Source: Candidatus Freyarchaeum deiterrae
GTDB taxonomy: Archaea > Asgardarchaeota > Jordiarchaeia > Jordiarchaeales > Jordiarchaeaceae
Length of the DNA stretch: 64,000 nucleotides
Direction: 5' to 3'
NCBI GenBank assembly: GCA_037305845.1
Contig: CP147778.1
Location: 3,232,001 to 3,296,000, forward strand
Shown here piece after piece: positions 48,813-60,235 of this stretch. The notes under the pieces were generated by a model that saw only the letters and a program-made list of their open reading frames with translations, ran no database searches and had not been told where the DNA came from. Every line of letters starts with the position of its first letter. The first letter of the stretch is position 1. The position numbers were made by a program, and so were the translations under genes.

Positions 48813-49802
48813 TTATCTCATGGGCCTCCCTGCTTTTGCTGCCCACATTGCTTTTGACGCACCTGGGCCCTCTTCACGGATTTCTTTTCCAGTATGGAAA
48901 AGGAACACATCGTTAAGTGTAGGTTCATGGAGTGTTACTGCTTCGATGTCAATGCCCTCATCTCTCGCCTCACAAGCCACAGCTGTTAAATGCTCCTCGC
49001 CATTCTCGACGCTTATTTTTACCGAGTCGGTTGTTTTATTGACATTTTTCACAAAATCCAGTTTAGACGCCATATCGGCCATTTTATTAATTGACTTTGT
49101 TTTCACGGTGATCACGTCTCCGCCGAGCTGTTTTTTCAGTTCTGCTGGGGTTCCTTCGGCCTTTATTTCGCCCTGGTCTATAATCGCAATTCTGTTACAA
49201 AGCCGGTCGGCTTCATCCATGTAGTGGGTGGTTATAATTATGGTCATTTTCTCCTGTTTGGACAGCGCGTCTATGTAATCCCATATCTTCGCACGGGTTT
49301 GAGGGTCAAGCCCGATTGTGGGTTCGTCAAGGAACAGAACTCTTGGTCTGTGTACGAGGCCTCGCGCAATTTCGAGGCGTCTCCGCATTCCACCGGAGTA
49401 GGTTTTCACAAGACTTTTCGACCTATCGGTAAGTTCTACAAGCTTTAGAGCCTCGTCTATCCTCTGCTTCGCAACTTTACTTGGAACATTGTATAACATT
49501 GAGTGTATCTCCATGTTCTCGCGGCCGGTTAGGTTCTCGTCTATGGCTGGATCCTGGAAAACTACGCCTATTGATTTCCTTACCTGGTTCTGCTGCTTAA
49601 TAACGTCGAAGCCATTCACGTACGCCTCGCCAGATGTAGGAGTTAGCATGCAGCTTAACATAGACAGTATCGTTGTTTTCCCTGCTCCATTTGGACCAAG
49701 CAAGCCATATATTTCGCCTTCACTAATCTTAATGTTTACTCCCTTTACAGCAACCAATTCACCATATTTTTTCACAAGATTATGAGTCTCTACAATGTCC
49801 AT
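48813..49802 (-). CDS. ABC exporter ATP-binding protein (DrrA-like) 2
   Basis: Walker A/B and signature intact. MDIVETH start aligns with its paralogs (track ORF extends to 49838). Confidence 0.92.
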   Translation of the reverse strand: MDIVETHNLVKKYGELVAVKGVNIKISEGEIYGLLGPNGAGKTTILSMLSCMLTPTSGEAYVNGFDVIKQQNQVRKSIGVVFQDPAIDENLTGRENMEIHSMLYNVPSKVAKQRIDEALKLVELTDRSKSLVKTYSGGMRRRLEIARGLVHRPRVLFLDEPTIGLDPQTRAKIWDYIDALSKQEKMTIIITTHYMDEADRLCNRIAIIDQGEIKAEGTPAELKKQLGGDVITVKTKSINKMADMASKLDFVKNVNKTTDSVKISVENGEEHLTAVACEARDEGIDIEAVTLHEPTLNDVFLFHTGKEIREEGPGASKAMWAAKAGRPMR

Positions 49803-50155
49803 AGAAATCACTATCATCAATTTGTTATTCTTTTTCAAATTCTACAAGTGATGCATTTAAACCTTTTTCGAATTTGACTCAACCCATCCCCTAAAGATAA
49901 ATGAAACCGTTAAATAAACTAGGTTTCAAGTCATCCTCCGTAAATATAAAATTCTAATAACAGCAAATCCCTATAAATTTTACCTAATCAAAAATTTAAA
50001 ATGGTAATGCGATGAGCATTTGCAGAAAAATAAGTCAATGACAAGGCTCCGTTCCAAACCCCACTAACTGAAACATATAACATAACTAATGTCAAAGGCT
50101 ACACCCTTGCAATCAAGTCAAGACTAGAGAAGAAAAAATATTTGCTCTTTCTCCA

Positions 50156-51151
50156 TCATCGTCCAGGCCTCCCATATCCGAACGTTGCTCTCGTAAATGA
50201 CATTTGTGAACCAGCTGCCTCTTCGCGAATTTCGGTTCCGGTATAGAAGAGGAATACATCTTCAAGCGTAGGTTCATGAATTGTTACTGATTTAATATCA
50301 ATGCCTTGGTCACTCGCTGCACAAGCTACATCAGTGAGATGCGTCTCGCCATTCTCAACGTTCAGCTTTACTTCATCAGATGTTTTATTAACATTTTTCA
50401 CAAAATCCAGTTTAGATGCCATATCAACCATTTTATTAATCGACTTGGTTCTCACAGTGATTATATCTCCGCCGAGCCGTTTTTTCAGCTCTTCGGGGGT
50501 CCCTTCGGCCTTTATTTCGCCCATGTCCATAATCGCAATTCTGTTACAAAGCCGGTCGGCTTCATCCATGTAGTGGGTGGTTATAATTATGGTCATTTTC
50601 TCATTTTTGGCCAAGTTATCGATGTAGTCCCATATTTTCGACCGGGTTTGAGGGTCGAGCCCGATTGTGGGTTCGTCGAGGAATAGAACTTTTGGTCTGT
50701 GTACGAGGCCTCGTGCGATTTCGAGGCGTCTCCGCATTCCACCGGAGTAGGTTTTCACAAGACTTTTCGACCTATCGGTAAGTTCTACAAGCTTTAGAGC
50801 CTCGCCTATCCTCTGCTTCGCAACTTTGCCAGGAACATTATAGAGCATAGCGTGTATTTCCAAATTCTCGCGACCGGTTAAGTTCTCATCAACAGCGGGG
50901 TCCTGAAAAACTATTCCTATCGATCGTCTAACTCGTTCTGATTGCGTCACAACATTATAGCCGTTCACATAAGCCTCACCAGAGGTGGGGAGTAGCATAC
51001 AGGAGAGAATGGATAATGTCGTTGTTTTGCCTGCTCCGTTCGGACCAATCAAGCCGAATATTTCTCCTTCACTAACCTTAATGTCTATTCCTTTAACCGC
51101 AATCAAGTCTCCGTACTTTTTCACTAGCTTGCGAGTCTCTATAACATACAT
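50156..51151 (-). CDS. ABC exporter ATP-binding protein (DrrA-like) 3, no adjacent permease
   Basis: GPNGAGKTT, YSGGMRRR, LFLDEPT. Long near-identical DNA stretches with ATPase 2. Confidence 0.92.
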   Translation of the reverse strand: MYVIETRKLVKKYGDLIAVKGIDIKVSEGEIFGLIGPNGAGKTTTLSILSCMLLPTSGEAYVNGYNVVTQSERVRRSIGIVFQDPAVDENLTGRENLEIHAMLYNVPGKVAKQRIGEALKLVELTDRSKSLVKTYSGGMRRRLEIARGLVHRPKVLFLDEPTIGLDPQTRSKIWDYIDNLAKNEKMTIIITTHYMDEADRLCNRIAIMDMGEIKAEGTPEELKKRLGGDIITVRTKSINKMVDMASKLDFVKNVNKTSDEVKLNVENGETHLTDVACAASDQGIDIKSVTIHEPTLEDVFLFYTGTEIREEAAGSQMSFTRATFGYGRPGR

Positions 51152-51735
51152 GTATCCTCACTTCCATCATTTATTGAAAATCTTCAAATCTTTTTTCAGC
51201 TTTTCTCAGAGCCTATGATAATAGTTTAGTAATGCCTTCAAGAAGTTTGGAGAGCCGCGTCCTCCTTCATTCTTGTTTATGTAGCCCCTAATAACGGCTT
51301 AACTTTTAAATCAACTGATACCCCAACTCTCCTCCTCAAGTTTCCAGTATAGTTAATAGCATTAACTAGCTTAATCATATAAACTTTATCCAGTCTAAAT
51401 TAGAAAGAATACAGTTGAACATTGGTTGAAATCAGCAATTCCCTGTTGTCCCTAGATTTACTATTTACTTTTAATAATAAGCTACATTGGAAGGAAATAT
51501 TCCACCAAAATCTGTGAAATAATTTATGCAATTAGAGTAGTCAGATTGTTAATTTAGTAAACAGATTATGGTTATACAAAATGGTAGACGATTTGCTGAC
51601 GAATCTTATTTGGAGATTTCACGACTTTCTTCCATATTTTGACTTCTTTAAATTATTACAAAAATTTTTGGAAACAAATGAAGAAAAAATATTTTTTTTG
51701 ATTTATTCTAAATTTTTGTTCCTTACAGGCCTTTT

Positions 51736-52848
51736 TTAGAACTTGAACTGATATTGATCCAAGCCCAATTCTTTTCTCATGATTAAAATGTCCTTCTGAA
51801 TGCTTGGTACGATAGGTATACCCTTCTTATTTCTCTCTTTCTGCTTCTCGTACTCCTTTTCACCAGCAGTGTAAATACGGGTCTCTCCGGGGGCTTTCTT
51901 GGAGTTTCTTAATTCTCTCACGATGCTTCCCGCAGTCTTCTTGAACTCGTCGAGAGGTGTGAAGCTGGACACGTTTATCGCTAGGAAGAAATGCCCTAGT
52001 CTGTAAGGGGTCTTCTTATCCTTATCTCCCGCTGACAGCCCCCTCAGGTAAGGGCCGCCTCCAAAAGCTGCGGAGAGAATCTCAACCAGTGTGGAGTATC
52101 CGTAGCCCTTGTGTCCCCCTGTTGTCTCACCCGCACCACCCAGAGGCAGAAGGGCAGCGGTGCCTGCAATGAAACCCTTAAGGATAGCCTTGGTATCAGT
52201 GAGCTGTTCACCGTTGGCACCAATAACTAATCCTTCGGAAGTGGGCTCATCAGCCCTATCCAAAACCTCGATCTTTCCTCTCTGAGTGATAGATGTCGCA
52301 CAATCAATGAGGAACGGAAACTGCTCATCAGTAGGACAACCGAATGTTAGAGGATTTGTTCCCAATAATGGTTCTACTCCGAATGTTGGAGCCACAGATG
52401 GTCTAGCGTTAGTAACAGCCATTCCGACCATTCCCTCCTTAACAGCCATCATAGCATAGTAGCCCGCTACACCAAAGTGATTAGAGTTCCTTACAGCCAC
52501 CGCGCCGGTACCGTACTTCTTCGCCTTCTCAATAGCCATTTGCATGGAGTGATGCGCTACCACTTGTCCCATACCATTACCTCCGTCCACCAGAGCATTT
52601 GTGGAGCCATCTTTAACTACGCTAATTTTTGTAACTGGAAGCTGTTTACCATCCTTGATGCGGTCATAATACATTTTCAACCTCTGAATACCGTGGGACT
52701 CAACACCCCACAAGTCAGAGGTGATCAAAACCTCCGCACAGATATCGGCATCCTTACGCGGGACACCCAATCCCACGAAAACATCTAGCATGAAGTTACG
52801 AAGAGTTTTAACATCAATATTAACAACCTTGTCACTCATTAGAAACAT
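51736..52848 (-). CDS. Ldh_2 family (malate/L-lactate/sulfolactate dehydrogenase-like) oxidoreductase
   Basis: GVESHG, VRNSNHFG, GTNP, GGHKGYG, YTAGEKE. Confidence 0.9.
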   Translation of the reverse strand: MFLMSDKVVNIDVKTLRNFMLDVFVGLGVPRKDADICAEVLITSDLWGVESHGIQRLKMYYDRIKDGKQLPVTKISVVKDGSTNALVDGGNGMGQVVAHHSMQMAIEKAKKYGTGAVAVRNSNHFGVAGYYAMMAVKEGMVGMAVTNARPSVAPTFGVEPLLGTNPLTFGCPTDEQFPFLIDCATSITQRGKIEVLDRADEPTSEGLVIGANGEQLTDTKAILKGFIAGTAALLPLGGAGETTGGHKGYGYSTLVEILSAAFGGGPYLRGLSAGDKDKKTPYRLGHFFLAINVSSFTPLDEFKKTAGSIVRELRNSKKAPGETRIYTAGEKEYEKQKERNKKGIPIVPSIQKDILIMRKELGLDQYQFKF

Positions 52849-53029
52849 CTCCCTCTAGTCTTTGCAACCTTTTCTACTTAAACTTTTACTCAAAAAAAAT
52901 ATGAAAACCATTTTTTGAATTCAACTATTAGACTCGATTACAGTGAAAATAAGCCCTAGAACTATTTAGAATATGCAAAACCTTTATACCAAATTCCATA
53001 AATTATATTTAAATTAGGAGACCGAACTT

Positions 53030-53467
53030 ATGAAGTTAAAAAGTAAGGATTTTGAACATGAAGGAATGATACCCTCAAGGTTCACATGTGACGGCGAGGA
53101 CGTTTCACCGCACCTGGAGTGGAGTGAGGTACCAGCGGGAACCAAGAGCTTCGCGTTAATTGTAGACGATCCCGATGCCCCCGTGGGACTCTGGGTTCAC
53201 TGGTTGATGTGCGACATCCCTCCAAAGGTGAAAGAGATTCCGCAAAGAAGCGTACCAAGAGGAGCAAGGCAGGTCCAAAACGATTTCGGAAAACCACAAT
53301 ACGGTGGTCCATGTCCACCCAGCGGTATACATAGATACTTCTTTAAGCTCTACGCATTGAATGTCGAAAAATTGGAAGGTGCCAACGATAAGAAAAGCTT
53401 CTACAAGAAAGTAGAGGCGAATAAGATAGGCGAAGCAGTTCTAATGGGAAAGTATAAACGAAAATAA
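53030..53467 (+). CDS. YbhB/YbcL (PEBP / Raf kinase inhibitor-like) protein
   Basis: DDPDAP..WVHW, YGGPCPPSG.HRYFF.LYAL. Confidence 0.92.
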   Translation: MKLKSKDFEHEGMIPSRFTCDGEDVSPHLEWSEVPAGTKSFALIVDDPDAPVGLWVHWLMCDIPPKVKEIPQRSVPRGARQVQNDFGKPQYGGPCPPSGIHRYFFKLYALNVEKLEGANDKKSFYKKVEANKIGEAVLMGKYKRK

Positions 53468-54050
53468 TCTATTAACTAGAACTCAAATGTTTATCAATCC
53501 GTGTGAATAGTACTGAAAAAAACCCGAACTTTTCAAAATCCTTTTTATTTTTAATTTGGAAGGGTAAGCATTTTGGTTCACCGGTTCTAGTTTATTTAAC
53601 TGATTTTTGAACTAATGAAATTCTCTGAAGATAATAATGTCGTTATTATGACTAGCTTATATTTACTGTTAATTAATCGGTAGAGAATGTGCTAAATTGG
53701 TTATTCTTATCCAATTTTGTATAGTTTGCAGACTTTAAAGATGTGGAAATATTTTCCATAACTCTTTTCAAGAGGATTTCGAATTCATTGGTGGGTAATG
53801 AGAAAATATTGGAAAACCCGCAGAGAAATTGAAAATCTTTGCGAATTTTGCGAAAAGTGTGGCACTTTAACCATAAATATTATAAACTATAACTTCCTAA
53901 TAACGAAATTGACAACGACACGAAACTCAATAAAATAATTGAGAAAGAGATTTATACGCATGAAAAAGGTGACCCCTACCCGTATAATCTTCTTACCAAA
54001 ACGGCAATTGCGGGGAAACATAATAATTTAAATATATGTGGTTAACGCCC

Positions 54051-54752
54051 ATGACTGAATCCAAAACTGTGAACAAACTAGAAAAAGAATGCATCATAGA
54101 AGGGCAGTTCGATAGCCCAACTGCAATAGGCTTCATAAAAGCTGCAATCACCGAGATCGCGAAGATATACGGTCCCATTTTCAACCGGACGGTCGCCGGG
54201 TACGCACTGGATTTTGAGTCAAGGATGCTTAAAGAGAATCCACCAGAAAACATACAGGGACTAGAGGCAGTAATAACCTACATCGTGGCTAATCTAAACC
54301 GTTACCCCATGGGACACTGCGCCCTGACCTATGGTCTCTTAAAATCGGAGAACAGGTTTGAGGGAGGAACTGGAACCCGAAGGGCCGCATATGGTGCTAT
54401 TAAAGCCATACTCGAGTCCACTGGTATGCTGAAAAGTTTAGTTGGAACTACTAAAAATGCATACGAAGCGCTCAAAGCGTTGCCTGTTAAACAAATTAAA
54501 CAGGTCACTCGATATCATTACATTAGAAATGAAGAGAAAAACGAAGTAATACCGATATACTCTAATTGTCCATACAAGGACAGTTGCCTAGCTTTAGTGG
54601 ATGAAGGAATATCACGTATAATCGGAGGCTTTCATTGCACACTTCTAAACTGTGCATTGGCTACTGTAGAAATCGTCACAAAAGAACACTTCGACTACGC
54701 GCTAGAAGAATTCGACAAACCTGATTGCAGAGGAAGAATATTCGAGGCTTGA
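54051..54752 (+). CDS. Hypothetical Cys-conserved protein, V4R-like fold candidate; paralog 1
   Basis: NLNRYPxGxCALxYG, YSNCPYKDSC, GGFHC, FDKPDCRGRIFE shared with the next two genes. ATG 54051 aligns with paralog starts. Confidence 0.7.
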   Translation: MTESKTVNKLEKECIIEGQFDSPTAIGFIKAAITEIAKIYGPIFNRTVAGYALDFESRMLKENPPENIQGLEAVITYIVANLNRYPMGHCALTYGLLKSENRFEGGTGTRRAAYGAIKAILESTGMLKSLVGTTKNAYEALKALPVKQIKQVTRYHYIRNEEKNEVIPIYSNCPYKDSCLALVDEGISRIIGGFHCTLLNCALATVEIVTKEHFDYALEEFDKPDCRGRIFEA

Positions 54753-55076
54753 ACACAAACGCAACTTTGCTGCATTCCTTCCTTTTTCCTTAATTTTTTA
54801 CTCACAAAGAGGGGGCTGAACGATTTTTCTGATTTTTGTGAGTTAAGCTTTATTTAAAAATTTTTGAAAATATTTTTAGTACATAAATTTTATAAAATAT
54901 AACAAACTAATAATAAATAACCACAATGACAAAACCTTAAGTATAATATATTGAGTCAAGTGATTCAAAAGAATTAATAAGGCGATTTATACCCAATTAT
55001 AATACTATAGTTTCTGCGACTGAAACGACAATTGTGAGGAAGTACAATATTTTGAAAATAGATAGGGTGGATTTTC

Positions 55077-55853
55077 ATGACTAAATCTGAAGATTATTCC
55101 AAATCTAAAAATTTGCCTAATTCTGAAAATGAATTCAAAATAAAGGGAGAAATCGATCACAAACTTATCGTATTGATGTCAAAAGCGATTATTCAGGAAA
55201 ACGCAAAGCTTTACGGTCCTGTTTACCCGCGGCTAGTTTCTGAGTACGCGCTCAAGTTTGAGTCCGAGAAACTAAAAGAGACGACACCCGAAAACATTCA
55301 GGGACTAGAGGCAGTAACGAACTACATCATAAAAAATCTGGACCGGTACCCCCAAGGGAACTGTGCCCTAGTCTACGGTATTGAGAAATCGGAAAGTCGG
55401 CTTCAGGGATACTCGGGAACAGCAGCATCAAGGAGAGCTTCCTATAGCCTCCTAAAAAAAATGATCGAGGGCATGGGCCTAGTAAAAGCTTCAGTTTTAA
55501 TGAATGAACATATATTAGAAATAGAAAAAGCGTATTTTACTAAACTTCTTGGTGCTAACTTCGCAGATGTAGAATTTGCTGTTAACAAAGCTAAAGACAA
55601 AAAGGTTCAACGGATGAAATATATTAGAGTTGAAGGAAAAAATGAAGCAATCTTAGAATACTCTAATTGTCAATACAAGGACGCCTGCTTGGCTGTAGTG
55701 AAAGAGGGAATAAAACGCCCGATCGGAGGTTTTCAGTGCGAACAGCTATTTCTCGATAATGTTCGCATAGATATCATTACAGGAAAACACTTCGACTACG
55801 TGCTGGATGAATTCAACAAGCCCGATTGTAGAGGAAGATTATTCGAGGCCTAA
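55077..55853 (+). CDS. Hypothetical Cys-conserved protein, V4R-like fold candidate; paralog 2
   Basis: Same five conserved Cys, with an insertion in the middle. Confidence 0.7.
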   Translation: MTKSEDYSKSKNLPNSENEFKIKGEIDHKLIVLMSKAIIQENAKLYGPVYPRLVSEYALKFESEKLKETTPENIQGLEAVTNYIIKNLDRYPQGNCALVYGIEKSESRLQGYSGTAASRRASYSLLKKMIEGMGLVKASVLMNEHILEIEKAYFTKLLGANFADVEFAVNKAKDKKVQRMKYIRVEGKNEAILEYSNCQYKDACLAVVKEGIKRPIGGFQCEQLFLDNVRIDIITGKHFDYVLDEFNKPDCRGRLFEA

Positions 55854-56174
55854 ACCCAAAATCATCTCTTTATCACATCCATCCTTTTTCTTAGATTTTC
55901 CCTTCCAAGTGGGGATTGAACGATTTTATGGTTTTCCATGGACTCGGTTCTATTTAGGAAATTTTTTGAAACTATTTTTCAACAGTAAATTTTATAAAAA
56001 AATAAAACTCTAATAATAAGTGACCACAATGACAAAATCTCGGTAAAGCGTATTGAGATATGCAGCTCATAAGAATTAAAAAATAGCTTATACCCAACTA
56101 TACCATGGTCTAAATAAAGGAAACGACAACTGTGAGGAAATATACTAACTTAAAAATAAATTAGGTAGATTGCC

Positions 56175-56882
56175 ATGAATAAACCTGAAAATGCATCTAA
56201 ACTTGAAAAGGAATGCATCATAGAAGGAGAGTTCGATATCAGAGTTTCTATATTTCTTGCAAAAGCGGCGATAGAGGAGATCGCGAAGATGTACGGCCCC
56301 ATTTTCACACGGATGGCCACCCAGTACGCACTGGAGTTCGAGTCGAAAAAGCTCAAAGAGAAGCCACCCGAAAACATCCAGGGACTGGATGCAACAACAA
56401 ACTACATCATAGCAAATCTGAACCGGTACCCCACAGGGCAATGTGCCCTAGTCTACGGTCTCAATAGAGCAGAAAGCAATCTGCAGGGCTTCTCTTCGTC
56501 AGGGGCCAAAAGAGGAGCCTATAAAGCTATGAAAACCATGTTTGAGCACACTGGTATGCTAAACAAATTAGTTGGAACTACTGAAGACGCATACGATGCA
56601 CTCAAAGCGTTGCCCGTTAAAGAAATGAAACAGGTTACTCGATATCACTATATAAGAATGGAAGGAAAAAATGGATTAAACGTAATATATTCTAATTGTC
56701 CGGCCAAGGACGCCTGCAAGGCTTTGGTGGACGAGGGAATATCACGCATGATTGGAGGTATGCACTGCATACTTCTAAACTGCGCCTTGGCTGCAATAGA
56801 AATCATTACGAGAAACCCCTTCGATTACGCGATGGAAGAATTCGACAAACCCGATTGCAGAGGAAGAATATTCGAGGTCTAA
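56175..56882 (+). CDS. Hypothetical Cys-conserved protein, V4R-like fold candidate; paralog 3
   Basis: Closest to paralog 1, same motifs. Confidence 0.7.
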   Translation: MNKPENASKLEKECIIEGEFDIRVSIFLAKAAIEEIAKMYGPIFTRMATQYALEFESKKLKEKPPENIQGLDATTNYIIANLNRYPTGQCALVYGLNRAESNLQGFSSSGAKRGAYKAMKTMFEHTGMLNKLVGTTEDAYDALKALPVKEMKQVTRYHYIRMEGKNGLNVIYSNCPAKDACKALVDEGISRMIGGMHCILLNCALAAIEIITRNPFDYAMEEFDKPDCRGRIFEV

Positions 56883-57086
56883 ACGCAAAAGAATCTTTTT
56901 CTGTTCCTTCTTTTTTTTTACCTTAATTTCCTATAAAGCATTTTTGGGTCTCTTGTAAACATAGTCCACATTTTCTCGTTTGTCTCCAAATTTTAAGGCA
57001 TTAAAGATATGGTTGACTGCCGACATTTAAACGATAGTAGGTAAATTTTTAGCGTAGTTCTGAAATATTTTTTTAAAGATATTAGA

Positions 57087-58790
57087 ATGGAAAAATTGAA
57101 GGTGGATTGTTTAATGTCTGCTGAACTGAGGAGTAGGAAGGTTTATGGTCAGGCTGAAGGTTTCATGGCGAGGACTCTGCTTAAAGCTTGCGGCTTTACC
57201 GACGAGGAAATAAATCAACCACTGGTGGCTGTGGTTAACAGCTGGACCAATATCGTACCTGGACACGTGCACCTTAATACAGTGGCGGACGCTGTTGAAG
57301 CAGGAATAAGAATGGCCGGGGGCACCCCACTTCAATTCCACACAATTGCGGCTTGTGACGGCATCGCCATGGGACACGAGGGCATGCGATACCCTCTTCC
57401 TAGTAGAGATTTGATAGCGGCTTCTATAGAGATGATGGTGGAAGCGCACAAACTCGACGCCATGGTTCTAATAGGCTCATGTGACAAGATAGTCCCAGGA
57501 ATGTTAATGGCGGCGGGTTACCTCGACATTCCATCCATTATCGTTAACGGAGGACCCATGCTAGCCGGGTGTTACAGGGGAGAGAAAATAACCGGGAGAA
57601 GAGCTTTAGAAATGCAATTCCTAAGTGTTATGCTAGGTCCATCCCCTGAGATAGAGAAGCAATCGAGAGAAATATCTGAGGTTGTGGTACCGGGTTGCGG
57701 CTCCTGTCAGGGTATGTACACCGCAAACACCATGGGATGCCTAACCGAAACTCTGGGAATGTCGTTAACCGGTTCTGCTACCATTCCTGCGGTTGATGCT
57801 CGAAGATTGAGGGTAGCTAAACATTCTGGGATGCAAATAATGAAACTTATAGAACAGGACATTCGACCCCATGATATAATGACCTACGAAGCATTCGAAA
57901 ACGCTATTCGAATAGACATGGCACTAGGTGGTTCAACAAACACTGTGCTTCATCTACCCGCGATTGCCTCCCAGGTAAATGTAGACCTGCCCCTAGAATT
58001 ATTCGATAAAATCGGGAAGGAAACTCCCCACCTCTGCAACATGGACCCCAGCGGACCCTACACAGTGCAGGAGCTAGACGAGGCTGGCGGAATACCCGCA
58101 GTGCTCAAAGAATTAGGAGACGATATTCATAGAGATGCACTGACAGTTACTGGAAAAACTATCGGAGAAAACATAAAAGACGCCGTGGTGACGAACAAAG
58201 AAGTAATTAGACCGAAAGATAACCCGGTCCACGAAGAGGGAGGACTCGCCATCCTAAAAGGAACACTAGCACCTAATGGTGCGGTGGTCAAACAGGCTGG
58301 TGTAGATCCAGGTATGCTAAAGTTCGAAGGCAAGGCCAGAGTCTTTGACGCCGAAGAAGACGCTCAAGCAGCAATCATGGGCCGGAAAATAAATTCTGGA
58401 GAAGTCATAGTGATAAGATACGAGGGACCGAAGGGAGGACCGGGAATGAAAGAAATGCTCAAACCCACCGCCGCACTAATAGGAACAGGACTCGGAAACA
58501 GCGTCGCGCTGGTCACAGACGGCAGATTCTCAGGAGCCACCAGAGGACCATGCATCGGACACGTAGACCCTGAAGCCATGGAAGGAGGACCCATAGCACT
58601 GGTAAAAGAGGGGGATATCATCTCAATAGACATACCAAACCGCAAACTCGACCTAAAGGTTCCCAAGGAAGAATTGCAAAAACGATTGAAGCAATGGAAA
58701 CCCCCAGAACCCAAAGTAAAAAAAGGAGTACTAAACGTCTACTCAAAAATCGTCAAACCAACCTCCAAAGGTGCGGGATTCCTGTATTAA
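57087..58790 (+). CDS. ilvD: Dihydroxy-acid dehydratase
   Basis: [54 protein letters not shown]. Start may be 57114. Confidence 0.95.
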   Translation: MEKLKVDCLMSAELRSRKVYGQAEGFMARTLLKACGFTDEEINQPLVAVVNSWTNIVPGHVHLNTVADAVEAGIRMAGGTPLQFHTIAACDGIAMGHEGMRYPLPSRDLIAASIEMMVEAHKLDAMVLIGSCDKIVPGMLMAAGYLDIPSIIVNGGPMLAGCYRGEKITGRRALEMQFLSVMLGPSPEIEKQSREISEVVVPGCGSCQGMYTANTMGCLTETLGMSLTGSATIPAVDARRLRVAKHSGMQIMKLIEQDIRPHDIMTYEAFENAIRIDMALGGSTNTVLHLPAIASQVNVDLPLELFDKIGKETPHLCNMDPSGPYTVQELDEAGGIPAVLKELGDDIHRDALTVTGKTIGENIKDAVVTNKEVIRPKDNPVHEEGGLAILKGTLAPNGAVVKQAGVDPGMLKFEGKARVFDAEEDAQAAIMGRKINSGEVIVIRYEGPKGGPGMKEMLKPTAALIGTGLGNSVALVTDGRFSGATRGPCIGHVDPEAMEGGPIALVKEGDIISIDIPNRKLDLKVPKEELQKRLKQWKPPEPKVKKGVLNVYSKIVKPTSKGAGFLY

Positions 58791-58999
58791 ACACCTCTTT
58801 TAAAAAACAGTTGCCCGTAGAGTAACAACATTACCTTTTTTTTACTTACTAAACTTAGTCATTCCTTAGTTAATCTTACTTGTGAATGCGAGTGTAAGAC
58901 CAGTGGACAGCGTTGGGAGCATTGCTCTGGATAGAGTATTAAATCGGTCGGATGAATCACTATTAGAATAAATGGCAATGAAAGTTTTAGCAAATGAAT

Positions 59000-59980
59000 T
59001 CATATCCTGGATTTAGAGATTTCCTGTTCACTCATTGGTGCCACAGTTATCTTTCTTGTGGGTTTTAGTCTTCCATATTTTACCAAAACCTCGTCTCCTT
59101 CGGCGTCAGAGTATGCCGCTGTTAATCTTGCGGCAAATTCTATTGCTTTATTTAACTTTTTGTCTTGAAGAATTGTTAAGGGACTCCCACAATCAGGGAC
59201 TTCAAACACATAGTCTGTTTTGTTCTTCAATCTGAGAAGGATTCTATTTTCCGCCTCATTTCTTCCAACTATAGATTTATTTTCGTCGAGTCTAAAATGC
59301 CTTCCAAATTTTAGAAGTTCTACATCATGTAGGGTGACTCTCTTCTTGTGCTTGAACAAATCTCTTACTTTGTTTGCAAATTCTTTATACGTTAATAAGC
59401 AGCCTCCAGAGGGGCAGGGATAATCGGCTATTTCTAATTTTTTAGCCAGAGCTATCTGTGGTTTTCTGCTTCTTCCTCTAATATCTAAGAGCTGGTTTCT
59501 GTCAACCCAGCCCATTTTCTCTGCTTCTGTTTCCGGCAATAATTTTGCGGATAACGGTCTAACAATTTTGCCGTCAAGTCCGGCTTCCCTTTCTATGATT
59601 TTCAATGTTTTATAATGCTGACTCATCGGTCTTTCATCAAGAACCTCTCCGGTAAAAATAAATTGGGCTCCTATTTCTTCAGCGTACTCTTTCGCCTTTT
59701 TTAACATGAAAATTCTGCAATCTACACAGGGGTTCATCCCTGAACCGTAGCCAAATTTTGGTTTCCTTAATATCTTTAAGTAGTCCTCTCCCTTGTACAT
59801 CGTTTTTAGTGGGATTTTAAATTTTTTAGCGGATTCAAGAGCGTAGCACTTTCCCCCTTGGTCACATAAACAGAATGGTGATGAGAATTTGAGTGCTACA
59901 ACATCTATACCTTGATCCAGAATCAGTTTAACCGCTAGGGTTGAGTCCAGTCCACCGGAGAGTAATGCTACTGCTTTCAT
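59000..59980 (-). CDS. PP-loop tRNA thiouridylase-like protein (ThiI/MnmA-like, DUF814-type C-terminus)
   Basis: SGGLDS, NPCVDCR, TGEV..RPMSQ, RPLSAK, GGCLLT, GRHFR, VGRNE.EN. Confidence 0.8.
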   Translation of the reverse strand: MKAVALLSGGLDSTLAVKLILDQGIDVVALKFSSPFCLCDQGGKCYALESAKKFKIPLKTMYKGEDYLKILRKPKFGYGSGMNPCVDCRIFMLKKAKEYAEEIGAQFIFTGEVLDERPMSQHYKTLKIIEREAGLDGKIVRPLSAKLLPETEAEKMGWVDRNQLLDIRGRSRKPQIALAKKLEIADYPCPSGGCLLTYKEFANKVRDLFKHKKRVTLHDVELLKFGRHFRLDENKSIVGRNEAENRILLRLKNKTDYVFEVPDCGSPLTILQDKKLNKAIEFAARLTAAYSDAEGDEVLVKYGRLKPTRKITVAPMSEQEISKSRI

Positions 59981-60235
59981 TTCTATTCTCTCAAAATTTC
60001 AGTCATATTTTATGCACATATTAGCGACGGATAAACGTGGCTGCTCCTTTTTAAAAAGATAATCATCTTCTCTTTTTGGTTCAATTATTCAACTTTTAAG
60101 CGGCTTCTCTTTTGTTGAATTGCTTACAGTCTTATGTATACTAAAAAATATAATTGAAACCCAGGTATTTACCTTTTGAAAATAGTGATAAGTTCGCCTG
60201 GGTTCCCAGTATCAGTTTCACGATTACGGTATCCT

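Noticed and set aside
60158-60205. Hairpin AACCCAGG...CCTGGGTT after dsrE as a SECIS element
   Set aside because: No in-frame UGA in neighbouring genes and no convincing SECIS core motif.
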